From a virus (lineage: Duplodnaviria > Caudoviricetes): DNA of 41,691 nucleotides. Below the pieces are notes generated by a model. The model saw nothing but the letters and a program-made list of their open reading frames with translations, made no database searches and was not told the origin of the DNA. Within the stretch, counting starts at the first letter, position 1. Each line of letters starts with the position of its first letter. The stretch is taken from the IMG/VR virus record IMGVR_UViG_3300037604_000033, positions 1 to 41,691 of that record. The stretch is one strand, 5' to 3'. The translations under genes were made by a program, and so were the position numbers. Below, piece after piece: positions 16,074 through 23,959 of the stretch.

Positions 16074-16678
16074 CGGGCGGCCTCCCCGATCCCGGCCGGC
16101 GGCTGGGCCGTATGTCCGGCCGGATCGTGGGCGCGCGAGTCGGCGGCCAGCAGAAGGCCGAGGACAAAGGCGAGCAGCAGCGTGTAAGCCCTGATATCGG
16201 GCGTCTGTTCAATGGAGGTAATCAGACGATGAGCAGCGACGATGAAGCCTTGCGTGAGACGATGAAAAGACTTGAGCGCGAGGCTGCGGCGGCGGCCGAC
16301 TCCAAGATCGCCGCCGACCGACGCGCGTTCGAAGCCAGCCCGGTGGGCCGGTTCATTGCACTTGCGGCGCTTGTGGCGCTGGGCCTGATCGCCTGGTCTG
16401 CCATTTCCAGCGGTGGTGAAAGCGACGCAGAGCGCGACGCGCGCAGAGCGCAAGAGGCCAGCTGCAAGGCTGGTACGCTGGCCGACTGCCCGGCGCACGT
16501 AATGGTTCGCGCCCGGCGAATTGCTGACGCCATCGACGATGGTGCGGTCACGCGCTCGCAGCTTCGCCGGATGGCCGAATGCGAGACGCGCTGGTCGACT
16601 GACGCCGCAGCGCGGGTCATCTGCGCCGACCAGGTCCTGAGCGACTGAGCTGCGGCGGCGGGTTCGGAAAACAGGCAT
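16070..16678 (-). CDS. First gene of the pL operon, hypothetical with C-terminal hydrophobic segment (overlapped antisense by 16229-16648)
   Basis: GGAGG 7 nt before the ATG, right after pL. Stop overlaps the next start (ATGA). The TM-like YTLLLAFVLGLLLAA lies outside the overlap, but the middle looks like a shadow frame. Confidence 0.45.
   Translation of the reverse strand: MPVFRTRRRSSVAQDLVGADDPRCGVSRPARLAFGHPAKLRARDRTIVDGVSNSPGANHYVRRAVGQRTSLAAGLLRSARVALCVAFTTAGNGRPGDQAQRHKRRKCNEPAHRAGFERASVGGDLGVGRRRSLALKSFHRLTQGFIVAAHRLITSIEQTPDIRAYTLLLAFVLGLLLAADSRAHDPAGHTAQPPAGIGEAAR
16229..16648 (+). CDS. Single-pass membrane protein with 4-Cys extracytoplasmic domain (moron / superinfection-exclusion candidate)
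   Basis: GGAGGT RBS before ATG 16229; 139 aa; TM FIALAALVALGLIAW; opposite strand to the flanking operon. Confidence 0.7.
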   Translation: MSSDDEALRETMKRLEREAAAAADSKIAADRRAFEASPVGRFIALAALVALGLIAWSAISSGGESDAERDARRAQEASCKAGTLADCPAHVMVRARRIADAIDDGAVTRSQLRRMAECETRWSTDAAARVICADQVLSD

Positions 16679-16710
16679 CGGGTCGCCTCCATCGGTGAAC
16701 GATGGGGACG

Positions 16711-16740
16711 AATATGCAGTAGGGAAATCCCTACTGTCAA
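16711..16740 (-). promoter_or_regulatory. Leftward early promoter pL
   Basis: Minus strand TTGACA-N18-CATATT, with an operator filling the spacer and an RBS plus ATG just downstream. Confidence 0.75.
16717..16736. promoter_or_regulatory. Operator OL1
   Basis: Perfect palindrome CAGTAGGG-AAAT-CCCTACTG. Confidence 0.88.
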
Positions 16741-16745
16741 TCAGA

Positions 16746-16765
16746 CAGTAGGTAAAACCCTACTG
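16746..16765. promoter_or_regulatory. Operator OL2 (overlaps the cI stop codon)
   Basis: CAGTAGGT-AAAA-CCCTACTG, one arm mismatch relative to OL1. Confidence 0.85.
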
Positions 16766-17455
16766 GTTTTTGTTCTGCCCGCCCTCCTTTCCCGATTCGT
16801 GCAGCGTTTCCGAGGGCTTGGCGACTGCTGCGCCTTCGTTCGAAAGCCGCTCGACCAGGTCGGCGGGCAAGACAAGGCGAACGCGACTTGCGGCCACGAC
16901 CTCGCGATCTCGGATCGGTGGCAGATGCGGCGCAATCGGGCCTAGAAACGCGCGCCCGGCCGGGTCAAATCTCAGGGTTTTGACCATCATTTCCCCGTCG
17001 TCGACCGAGCAAACGCAGACGTGTCCGTCGTGCTCAAGAGACGGCGCCTCTCGCGACGGTTCGTAAAACAAGACCGATCCGCGCTGCGCGTAGGGCGCGA
17101 GTGCAGACGTCATGACGTCCAGGGCGGCGAATTCCTCACCTGAGATTTTTCCGAACGCGTAAACCCATTCCGGGGCGAACTCGCTCGGGTCTATGAGCTG
17201 CACATGGTCCTCGGCCATAACCTGGCCGACGACCCGGACCGGCTCGCCACGCTCGAAAAACACAGCGGGACTTACCCGCAATTCGTGGGCCAACCGAACG
17301 AGATTATCGACGCGCAGGCTTTGTTGTCGGCCGCTGATGAAGTGCAGAACCAGCGTGTGAGTCAGGCCTGCTGCTCTCGCGAGCCCGGTAGGCGTGAGAC
17401 CGCGCTCCGCCATAAGCGCTTCTAGCTTCGGGATGATCTGGTCGCGAGTGTTCAT
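16760..17455 (-). CDS. cI: CI-like repressor (XRE HTH + degenerate S24 domain)
   Basis: Start placed at MNTRDQII, 231 aa. HTH LMAERGLTPTGLARAAGL; S24-like C-terminus (GEMMVKTL); divergent from cro and flanked by operators. Confidence 0.88.
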   Translation of the reverse strand: MNTRDQIIPKLEALMAERGLTPTGLARAAGLTHTLVLHFISGRQQSLRVDNLVRLAHELRVSPAVFFERGEPVRVVGQVMAEDHVQLIDPSEFAPEWVYAFGKISGEEFAALDVMTSALAPYAQRGSVLFYEPSREAPSLEHDGHVCVCSVDDGEMMVKTLRFDPAGRAFLGPIAPHLPPIRDREVVAASRVRLVLPADLVERLSNEGAAVAKPSETLHESGKEGGQNKNQ

Positions 17456-17505
17456 GTCGCGACCGTCCCCAATACCGCCGCAAAAGGCATGGTTGTTTTT
17501 GCCTA

Positions 17506-17535
17506 TTGCAAGAGTAGGGAAAACCCTACTATGCT
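17506..17535 (+). promoter_or_regulatory. Rightward early promoter pR with operator OR1 (17513-17530)
   Basis: TTGCAA-N18-TATGCT with AGTAGGG-AAAA-CCCTACT in the spacer. The cro ATG is 7 nt downstream, so the mRNA may be leaderless. Confidence 0.8.
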
Positions 17536-17542
17536 TTGAGCT

Positions 17543-17788
17543 ATGGAACACCAGCGCGATATCGGGCCGGCCGAGCCGGAGGTGGTTGACGAGCCTGGAC
17601 AGCTCATCGCCGAGATTCAGGCCTATTGCGAGGCGCGAGGGATCGAACCCTCGACGCTGGGAAAGAACGCGATCGGCGATCGCGATTTGATTGACCGGCT
17701 GATGCGCTACCGCGAACGCACACGCGACGTTGCGGCGCGCCTCCGCGCCTACATGCGTAAAAATCCTCCAAAGCGGCAGGCGTCGTGA
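17543..17788 (+). CDS. cro: Cro-like regulator
   Basis: 81 aa, divergent from cI; LIAEIQAYC..RGI.PSTLGK.A.GD..L..RL pattern of alphaproteobacterial phage Cro-like proteins. Confidence 0.7.
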   Translation: MEHQRDIGPAEPEVVDEPGQLIAEIQAYCEARGIEPSTLGKNAIGDRDLIDRLMRYRERTRDVAARLRAYMRKNPPKRQAS

Positions 17789-18114
17789 TGACGGCCTGCG
17801 CGAAACCCTCTCCCGATCCGAAGCCGCATCCTCTCTCGGGCGCCGCCGGGCGTCGGCGCTCCGACGCCGGGCTCGCCGAGGGCGTGCTCGAGCAATTGGG
17901 CGCCGCCGAGGTCTCGGCCCTCCGCGGCCATTTCGCCGACCAGCTCGCCGAGCGGCTGCGCTTCGACGCCGCGGTGGCGTTCACGCGCGGGCGCATGGGC
18001 GCGGATGAGTTCCGCATGTGGCTGCGGGCGTCGGCCCTTCTTCAGGTCGCGGACGGCGCGCCAGACGCCGCCGAATGGCCTGACCCGGCGGCGCTGCCGC
18101 TCGCTGCACAATGA
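17785..18114 (+). CDS. Hypothetical protein
   Basis: 109 aa, coupled to cro and to the methylase. Confidence 0.6.
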   Translation: MMTACAKPSPDPKPHPLSGAAGRRRSDAGLAEGVLEQLGAAEVSALRGHFADQLAERLRFDAAVAFTRGRMGADEFRMWLRASALLQVADGAPDAAEWPDPAALPLAAQ

Positions 18115-19070
18115 GCGAGGGCGATCTCATGGGCGCTTTTACGTGTCTGGACCTCTTCAGCGGCGCGGCCGGCGCCTGGACGCTCGGCCTGCATCGCGCG
18201 GGCTTCCGCACCGTGGCGGCCGCCGAGGCTGATCCGTGGCGCCGCGAGATGTTCGCCAAGCGCTGGGGCGTTCATGTCTATGCGGACGTAAGGGAGATTA
18301 CCGCCGATGCATGGGATGGCGCGCGACCTTTTCTCGTTTGCGGGTCTCCCCCCTGCCAGCACATCAGCGCCGCAAATACGCGGGGCCGTGGAGTGCTCGG
18401 AGACCGACTGTTCTTTGAGGCCGCCCGAATTGCTGACGAGCTCCGCCCTACGTGGATTGCGTTTGAGAACAGTGATCGCCTCCCAGCTCGGGGATATGAC
18501 TCAGTCGCAGCATCGCTGGAAGGCGCGGGCTACGACCTTTGGCCGGTCATATTGGGTGCTGGCCATGCCGGCGCGGCCCATCGGCGCAACCGAATTTTCG
18601 TCATCGGGCGGCTTTCTGCCTCTGCCGATACCGGACAAGGACGCACTCTCGAGCAGTCATCGGGGCTCGGATGCTTGGGTGCCGACGCCGACCGCAATGG
18701 CGGGCAAATGCTCTCCGGCGACAACATGGGCGGGCGGAAGCGCAGCGCGGCCGAAGGCGCTGGCGATGATCGAATTGGCGTTGGAGGAATTTCTGCCGAC
18801 GCCGACGGCGCAGGATTACGGATCGAACAAGGGCGGCGCTGCTGGCCGGACGGGGCGCGCGCGCCCATCTCTCTCGACCCTGGCGCGGGCCTGGGGCCTG
18901 TCGGGACCGCAAGCCTTGCTAGCTATCTACGCGCATATGCAGGGATTCCCCGTCGCCTGGCCGAGCGTTGGCGAGCGGCCTTCGGCGACGCGATCCCGCC
19001 GCAGATCACGGAGGTAATCGGTCACGCGATTCTGGCCTTAGAGGCGGACGAGATGGCGAGGGCCGCATGA
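18111..19070 (+). CDS. DNA (cytosine-5) methyltransferase, alpha-type polypeptide
   Basis: Motifs I (LDLFSGAAG), IV (GSPPCQ), VI (FENS), VIII (HRRNRIF) and X (AFGDAI); no motif IX visible in this frame. Confidence 0.88.
   Translation: MSEGDLMGAFTCLDLFSGAAGAWTLGLHRAGFRTVAAAEADPWRREMFAKRWGVHVYADVREITADAWDGARPFLVCGSPPCQHISAANTRGRGVLGDRLFFEAARIADELRPTWIAFENSDRLPARGYDSVAASLEGAGYDLWPVILGAGHAGAAHRRNRIFVIGRLSASADTGQGRTLEQSSGLGCLGADADRNGGQMLSGDNMGGRKRSAAEGAGDDRIGVGGISADADGAGLRIEQGRRCWPDGARAPISLDPGAGLGPVGTASLASYLRAYAGIPRRLAERWRAAFGDAIPPQITEVIGHAILALEADEMARAA
18316..19017 (+). CDS. Nested out-of-frame polypeptide, putative beta subunit of the C5 methyltransferase
   Basis: About 233 aa in the +1 frame, entirely within the MTase gene. 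Carries two (W/F)xPTPTA motifs and the motif IX-like HMQGFPVAW. Confidence 0.7.
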   Translation: MARDLFSFAGLPPASTSAPQIRGAVECSETDCSLRPPELLTSSALRGLRLRTVIASQLGDMTQSQHRWKARATTFGRSYWVLAMPARPIGATEFSSSGGFLPLPIPDKDALSSSHRGSDAWVPTPTAMAGKCSPATTWAGGSAARPKALAMIELALEEFLPTPTAQDYGSNKGGAAGRTGRARPSLSTLARAWGLSGPQALLAIYAHMQGFPVAWPSVGERPSATRSRRRSRR

Positions 19071-19375
19071 GCGCCGCCGAAGTGACCTGGTCGGGCCTGT
19101 TCTCCGCGCTGGCGACGCTGGCCGCGCGGCAGGGCGACGACCCGCTGCAGGCCATCGACGCCGCGCTTGAGGCGGCTGAGCAGGATGCGCTCGCGTTAAT
19201 CCGAACCGAGTTGAGAGCGGCCCGCGCGGCGGCTGCGGAGGCCGCGCGGCGCGAGCTGCAGGGGCTGATGCAGTCGCCGCCCGGCATGGGGTCGCTCGAA
19301 AAGCGCCGGGCGATGGCCGCCCGGCGGATGGCGATGCTCGGCGAGATCGTCGCCGAGATGAAGGCGGAGGGCTGA
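19067..19375 (+). CDS. Hypothetical protein
   Basis: MSAAEVTW.. 102 aa, ATGA overlap with the MTase stop. Confidence 0.65.
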   Translation: MSAAEVTWSGLFSALATLAARQGDDPLQAIDAALEAAEQDALALIRTELRAARAAAAEAARRELQGLMQSPPGMGSLEKRRAMAARRMAMLGEIVAEMKAEG

Positions 19376-19378
19376 GAG

Positions 19379-20281
19379 ATGGCGAGGGACACGACAGGCG
19401 AGACGGTTTTGCCGCTCGATGAGAAGGCCGGGCAGGGGACGGGCCGGGCGCTCGACACGAAAGAGCTGCGCGGCCTGGTCGAACAGTGGGATCGGCTCGA
19501 AGAGCGCGGGCAGCAGCTCGCCGAGGATCGGCGCGACTATTGGACCTGGGCGAAGGCGCGGGGCTTCGACGTCGATGGGCTCCGGCTCTACTTCCAGCGC
19601 CGCAGGAACCGGGATCGCTGGCACGCGCGGGCGGCCCTTGCCGATCTCTATGAGGATCGTCTCGACCATGACGCCGGGCCGATGTTCGACGAGCCCGAGG
19701 CGCAGACCGCCGAGGCGGAGGCTGCCGCCTTCCGTGAGGCGCTTGTGCGTGGCGGCATCTACACCATCGGGCTTGCCAACATGGTCGACGCCCGCGCCAT
19801 CGCCAGAAAGTTCGGTTTCAGCGACGCGGCGGTCGAGCTTGTCATCGGCGAGGGCCGCCCCGAGGTCGTCGGCCTGCCTGGCCAGTCCTTCGGCCAGGCC
19901 GATGAGCCCAAAGCGCCGCCCAAGGCGACGATCACGCGCGTAGAGGTGACGACGCCGAAGGGGCGCACGGCCAAGCTCAAGGCCTCCGACCCGCTGGTGC
20001 GGCTGCATGCGGCGTCGGTCGAGGGCCATGGCGACTATTGCGCCTGCGACGACTGCCTCGCCCTGCGGCGCGGCATTCTCGCCGAGAAGGTGGCGGACCA
20101 CGAGGCCAAGGCGGCCGAGTCGTCGGCGCGCGTCGACGCGCTGGTCGAGGCTGCCGAGCCGGCCAAGCAGGCGGCGGTCGTCGACGCTCTCGCCGGCCGG
20201 AAGCGCGCGCCCCGCAAAAAGCCCGCCGCCAAAAAGCCGGCCGCCAAAAAGCCCGCGACCAAGAAATCCGCCGAGCAGTGA
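19379..20281 (+). CDS. GapR/DUF2312-like DNA-binding domain fused to an extended C-terminus with an H1-like tail
   Basis: ELRGLVEQWDRLEE..QQLAEDRRDYW..AKARGFDVDGLR....RR resembles GapR; CACDDC motif; KKPAA repeats at the C-terminus; GGAGGG RBS. Confidence 0.7.
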   Translation: MARDTTGETVLPLDEKAGQGTGRALDTKELRGLVEQWDRLEERGQQLAEDRRDYWTWAKARGFDVDGLRLYFQRRRNRDRWHARAALADLYEDRLDHDAGPMFDEPEAQTAEAEAAAFREALVRGGIYTIGLANMVDARAIARKFGFSDAAVELVIGEGRPEVVGLPGQSFGQADEPKAPPKATITRVEVTTPKGRTAKLKASDPLVRLHAASVEGHGDYCACDDCLALRRGILAEKVADHEAKAAESSARVDALVEAAEPAKQAAVVDALAGRKRAPRKKPAAKKPAAKKPATKKSAEQ

Positions 20282-20337
20282 GGGATCGGCCGACCCGGCC
20301 TCAGAGCCGGGCGGCCGCGCCGACCGAGGGAACCGTC

Positions 20338-21408
20338 ATGACCGATCCGACCATGCCCGCCGCGCGGGCCGATGGCTCATCCGCGCCGCCTGCCGAGTTA
20401 ACCACGCCATCGCCAGCGGTCATCCGGCGCGAGGCCGCCAGGCGCGTCGACGCCGCCCCGGACATGGGCGCGGCCGCCGCCATCTGGGCGGGCCGGGGCG
20501 CGCATGTCGTGCCGTTCCATTGCCGCACGGGCGACCAGCTCGCCCCGCCGATGACGGACGCCGGCGAGATCGCCGAGGCCTGGGCGCGCGACCCGCATGC
20601 GCAGATCGGCGCGGCGGTCGGCCGGCGCTTCGGCGTCTTCGCGGTCGTCGCCGATCCGATGGATTGGGATTCGATGGCGCAGGGCCGGCCGCAGCCGGGG
20701 CCGCGCTGGCGCGGGGGCGCGACCTGGCGTGAGATCGCGCTGTTTCGCTGGTCGCCCGTTTGCGACGGGATCGTGCGGCCGGGCCGCCTCTACCGGGCGC
20801 CGGGCGTCAACGTGCTGGCCGGGGGCTCGGCTGTGATGCTGCCGCCGTCGCCGCCGGGCGGCGCCGAGCTGGTCGTCATCACGCCCGGCGAGATCGCGCC
20901 GCCGCCGGCATGGCTGCTCGAAGAGCTGGCCTTCGACGGCCTGGTGCTGAGCCTCGCCACGGGGCGCGGCCGGCTGCGGGACCACATCGCGGCCGCGCCA
21001 GCGGGGGAGACGGTCGCCGAGCCGGCCTCCCCGACGTCCTCGCGCCGCGCTTCCTCGAAATCCGCTCCCGCGCCCTCGCCTGCGAAAGGCGCTGAGCCCG
21101 ACAAGGCGGGCAAGCGCCGGGCCGCCCGAAGGACTGCCTGGGCGCGCTCGGGCATCCGGCGCGAGTTGGCCGGCATTCGCGCCGGCGACGGGGCCGCCGA
21201 GGCGCTGGGGCGCGCCGCCTGGGCGCTCGGTCGGTTCGTCGCCGGTGGCGATCTCGACCAGGCCGACGCCGAGGCGAAGCTCTGGGGGCAGGCGCGGGCG
21301 CTCGGCCTGGTCGGCCAGCTTGGCGAGGCCGAGGTCTCGGCCCGGATCGGCGCCAGCCTCAAGCGCGGCGTCGACGCCGGCGCGCGGCAGCCGGCGGAGG
21401 CGTCGTGA
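20338..21408 (+). CDS. Primase/polymerase-like replication protein (divergent Prim-Pol plus C-terminal helical domain)
   Basis: Start placed at MTDPTM (GAGGG RBS). VVPFH..TDAGEI..AW..P.AQIG, PGVNV.AGG..V.LPPS and PPPAWLLE patterns; directly upstream of the helicase. Confidence 0.6.
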   Translation: MTDPTMPAARADGSSAPPAELTTPSPAVIRREAARRVDAAPDMGAAAAIWAGRGAHVVPFHCRTGDQLAPPMTDAGEIAEAWARDPHAQIGAAVGRRFGVFAVVADPMDWDSMAQGRPQPGPRWRGGATWREIALFRWSPVCDGIVRPGRLYRAPGVNVLAGGSAVMLPPSPPGGAELVVITPGEIAPPPAWLLEELAFDGLVLSLATGRGRLRDHIAAAPAGETVAEPASPTSSRRASSKSAPAPSPAKGAEPDKAGKRRAARRTAWARSGIRRELAGIRAGDGAAEALGRAAWALGRFVAGGDLDQADAEAKLWGQARALGLVGQLGEAEVSARIGASLKRGVDAGARQPAEAS

Positions 21409-23147
21409 TGGCATACGACCAGAATCCGACGCTGCATCCGCCCGCCGACATCGCACCCGTGCGCCCGCTCGGTTTCGACTCCGGCGCGCTGTTCCTGCTC
21501 GACGGCGCCGGGCAGTTCCGACGCATCACGGCGAAGGACGCCGAGGCCGGACGCGGCGTCTATGACTTGTTCGCCGGCGGGCTCGGCGGCGACGGCATGC
21601 CGGCCGAGGAATGGCTCGAAAAGTTCTTTCCGCCGAGGCGCGAGCGCCAGGGCGGGGCGGCCTGGTCGTCGGTCGACGCCGGCGCGTGGCTGATCAAGGC
21701 CTGCAAGGCGGCCTCGATCTTCGACGCGACCATCGAGCTGCGCCGGCTCGGCGTCTGGCGCGAGGGGCCGGCGGCGGTCGCGCATGCCGGGCTTGCTTTG
21801 ATCGACGCGGAGGGCTCGGTCTCGCCGGCGGGCTGCATGCGGGCCGGGGCGGTCTATCCGACCAGCTCGCCGGGCGCCTTCCGCGACATGCTCGACCCGC
21901 TGCCCGAGGCGGCCTCGGCAGCCGACATGCTCGACCTGTTCAATGAGGTCCGCCGGGGCTGGGGATGGCGGCGCGCCGACATCGACGCGGTCGCCTGGTT
22001 CGGATGGGTCGCGCAGGCGGCGCTCGGGGCCTTCCCGCGCTGGCGCTCGCATCTCTGGGTGCAGGGCCAGAAGGGCTCGGGCAAATCGCAGCTCATCCAG
22101 CTCGGCCATGAGCTGCTGGGGCCGCTCTCGCCGCAGGTCTATTCGGACTATTCGCCGGCGGGCGTGCGCCAGGCCGCGAACGGCCAGGCAAGGGCGCATC
22201 TTTTCGATGAGGCCGAGGCGACGGGCGGCGCGGGGCGTGTCGAAGGCGTTATCGAGATGGCGCGCACGATGAGCGGCGGCGAGGGCTCGCTCACGATCCG
22301 GGGCGGCTCGGATCACACGTCGGTCGCCTTCGCGCTGCATGGGGCCGTGTATCTGGCCAGCATCATCCCGGGCCGCCTCGAACCGCAGGACCGCTCTCGC
22401 TTCGTGATGCTCGAGCTGGGCGGGCGGCCGCGCGCGACGGACCCGGCGGCCGCCGAGGAAGCGCTGCTCGCCCTGCATGAGCGCGCGGCGGAGCTCGGGC
22501 GCGGCTTCTGGCGTCGGATGCTGGCGCGCTCGGTCGATTGGGACCGGGCGCACAAGCTCGCTTCGGCCTATGTGCAGCGGCTCGGCGGCGAGGCGCGGGA
22601 CGGGCAGACCATCGGCGCGGTGCTCGCCGGCTGGCATCTGGCGACCAGCGATGCGCCGATGACCTGGGACGACCTCGAAGAGATCAACGATGTGGCGCTG
22701 GCGCTGCTCGATGACAGCAAGGCCGCGCAGGAAGAGGGCGAGGGCGAGCGCTGCTGGTCGCATCTCATGAACAGCGAGGTGAATTTCGGCGGCGGCGAGA
22801 AGCGCCGCGTTGGCGATGTCGTGTGGTCCGCGCGGGGCGGCGACGCCTCCGAGGCGTCGCGCAAGCGCCTCTCACGCTTCGCGATGCGGCTCGCGCCGGG
22901 CGAGTCCATCGACGGATCGGAAGATCGGCTCTGGATCGTCTCGGGCGTGAACAAGGCGCTTGATGAGCTGTTCCGGTCGACCCGCTGGGCCGGGGGCGGG
23001 CATCGCGCCGCGCTGTTGATGCTCGACGGCGTGAAGCCCGAGCCGGCGCCCAAGCGGGTCGGCGGCATGCCGGCCCGCGTCCTGGCGATCCCACGGAAAT
23101 ACTGGCCCGATTACAGGGCCGAGGATGGAGGCGATAGCGATGAGTGA
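21405..23147 (+). CDS. P-loop NTPase, putative replicative helicase (SF3/P4-alpha-like)
   Basis: Walker A GQKGSGKS, Walker B HLFDEAE, DRSRF arginine-finger-like motif; 580 aa. Confidence 0.75.
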   Translation: MMAYDQNPTLHPPADIAPVRPLGFDSGALFLLDGAGQFRRITAKDAEAGRGVYDLFAGGLGGDGMPAEEWLEKFFPPRRERQGGAAWSSVDAGAWLIKACKAASIFDATIELRRLGVWREGPAAVAHAGLALIDAEGSVSPAGCMRAGAVYPTSSPGAFRDMLDPLPEAASAADMLDLFNEVRRGWGWRRADIDAVAWFGWVAQAALGAFPRWRSHLWVQGQKGSGKSQLIQLGHELLGPLSPQVYSDYSPAGVRQAANGQARAHLFDEAEATGGAGRVEGVIEMARTMSGGEGSLTIRGGSDHTSVAFALHGAVYLASIIPGRLEPQDRSRFVMLELGGRPRATDPAAAEEALLALHERAAELGRGFWRRMLARSVDWDRAHKLASAYVQRLGGEARDGQTIGAVLAGWHLATSDAPMTWDDLEEINDVALALLDDSKAAQEEGEGERCWSHLMNSEVNFGGGEKRRVGDVVWSARGGDASEASRKRLSRFAMRLAPGESIDGSEDRLWIVSGVNKALDELFRSTRWAGGGHRAALLMLDGVKPEPAPKRVGGMPARVLAIPRKYWPDYRAEDGGDSDE

Positions 23148-23325
23148 TTGGTCGGCCGATCCTGATCTCGGGGACGATGAGACCGCCTTGGGCGGCTCCG
23201 GCGTCTGCCACGAATGCGGCGGAGACGGCGAGGTCGTCTGCGAAGCATGCGGCGACTGGGACGACGCGAGCGTCTGCACCGAATGCCACGGCTCCGGGCT
23301 GGCGCCGTGCTGGGAGTGCTCGTGA
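23140..23325 (+). CDS. Small DnaJ-type zinc-finger protein
   Basis: 61 aa with four CxxC motifs (CHECGGDG, CEAC, CTECHGSG, CWEC); GGAGG RBS. Confidence 0.75.
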   Translation: MSDWSADPDLGDDETALGGSGVCHECGGDGEVVCEACGDWDDASVCTECHGSGLAPCWECS

Positions 23326-23609
23326 TGGGCTCGCCGGCGCCGGCGGGCGTTGTCGCGCTGTTCCTCGCGCCCGACGGGCATGTGATCGCCTCGGCGGTCG
23401 ACTTCAATCAGGCTCGCAACGGCATGCCGCTTGAGGACTCGCAGCGGGCGCGCGCCGAGCAGGCGCTCGCGCATCGGGTGGTCGCGGCCCTGGCCTCGCC
23501 GCTGCTGGCGAAGGCGCTGGACGGCTTCGCGCTCGATACGGTCATGCGCAAGATGACCGAGGCCGGTTGCAGGACCGTGGTCCTGCATGTCGGAGGGGCG
23601 GCGTCATGA
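23325..23609 (+). CDS. Hypothetical protein
   Basis: MGSPAPAGVV.. 94 aa, coupled on both sides. Confidence 0.65.
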   Translation: MGSPAPAGVVALFLAPDGHVIASAVDFNQARNGMPLEDSQRARAEQALAHRVVAALASPLLAKALDGFALDTVMRKMTEAGCRTVVLHVGGAAS

Positions 23610-23959
23610 GCGGGCCGAAGCGGATCCAGCTTTCGCGCCGCAAGGGCTGGCGCAAGCCGGAGGGCGCGGTGGTCGTCGCCCGGCCGAGCGCGTTCGGGAA
23701 TCCGTTCAACTGGCGCGATTGCCCGGCGGAAGTCGGCCCGCCCGGATGGGCGCGCGGCGCGGCGGTCGACGACTTCCGCAATTGGATCACGGGAACATGC
23801 AGCGGCCTTTCGCTCTGGTATCCGCGCCGTCGCGAGGAGCTTCTGCGCCGCCTGCCCGAGCTGCGCGGGCGTGATCTCGCCTGCTGGTGTCCTCTCGACC
23901 AGCCTTGCCATGCCGACGTGCTGCTCGACCTGGCGAACCGGCCGGAGGGCGGAGAATGA
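23606..23959 (+). CDS. DUF4326 family protein
   Basis: PKRIQLSRRKGWRKP..V.RPS.FGNPF and ELRGRDLACWC....CHADVL signature. Confidence 0.88.
   Translation: MSGPKRIQLSRRKGWRKPEGAVVVARPSAFGNPFNWRDCPAEVGPPGWARGAAVDDFRNWITGTCSGLSLWYPRRREELLRRLPELRGRDLACWCPLDQPCHADVLLDLANRPEGGE

Noticed and set aside
18111-19375. Complete restriction-modification system
   Set aside because: No adjacent endonuclease-like gene; the methylase appears to be an orphan.
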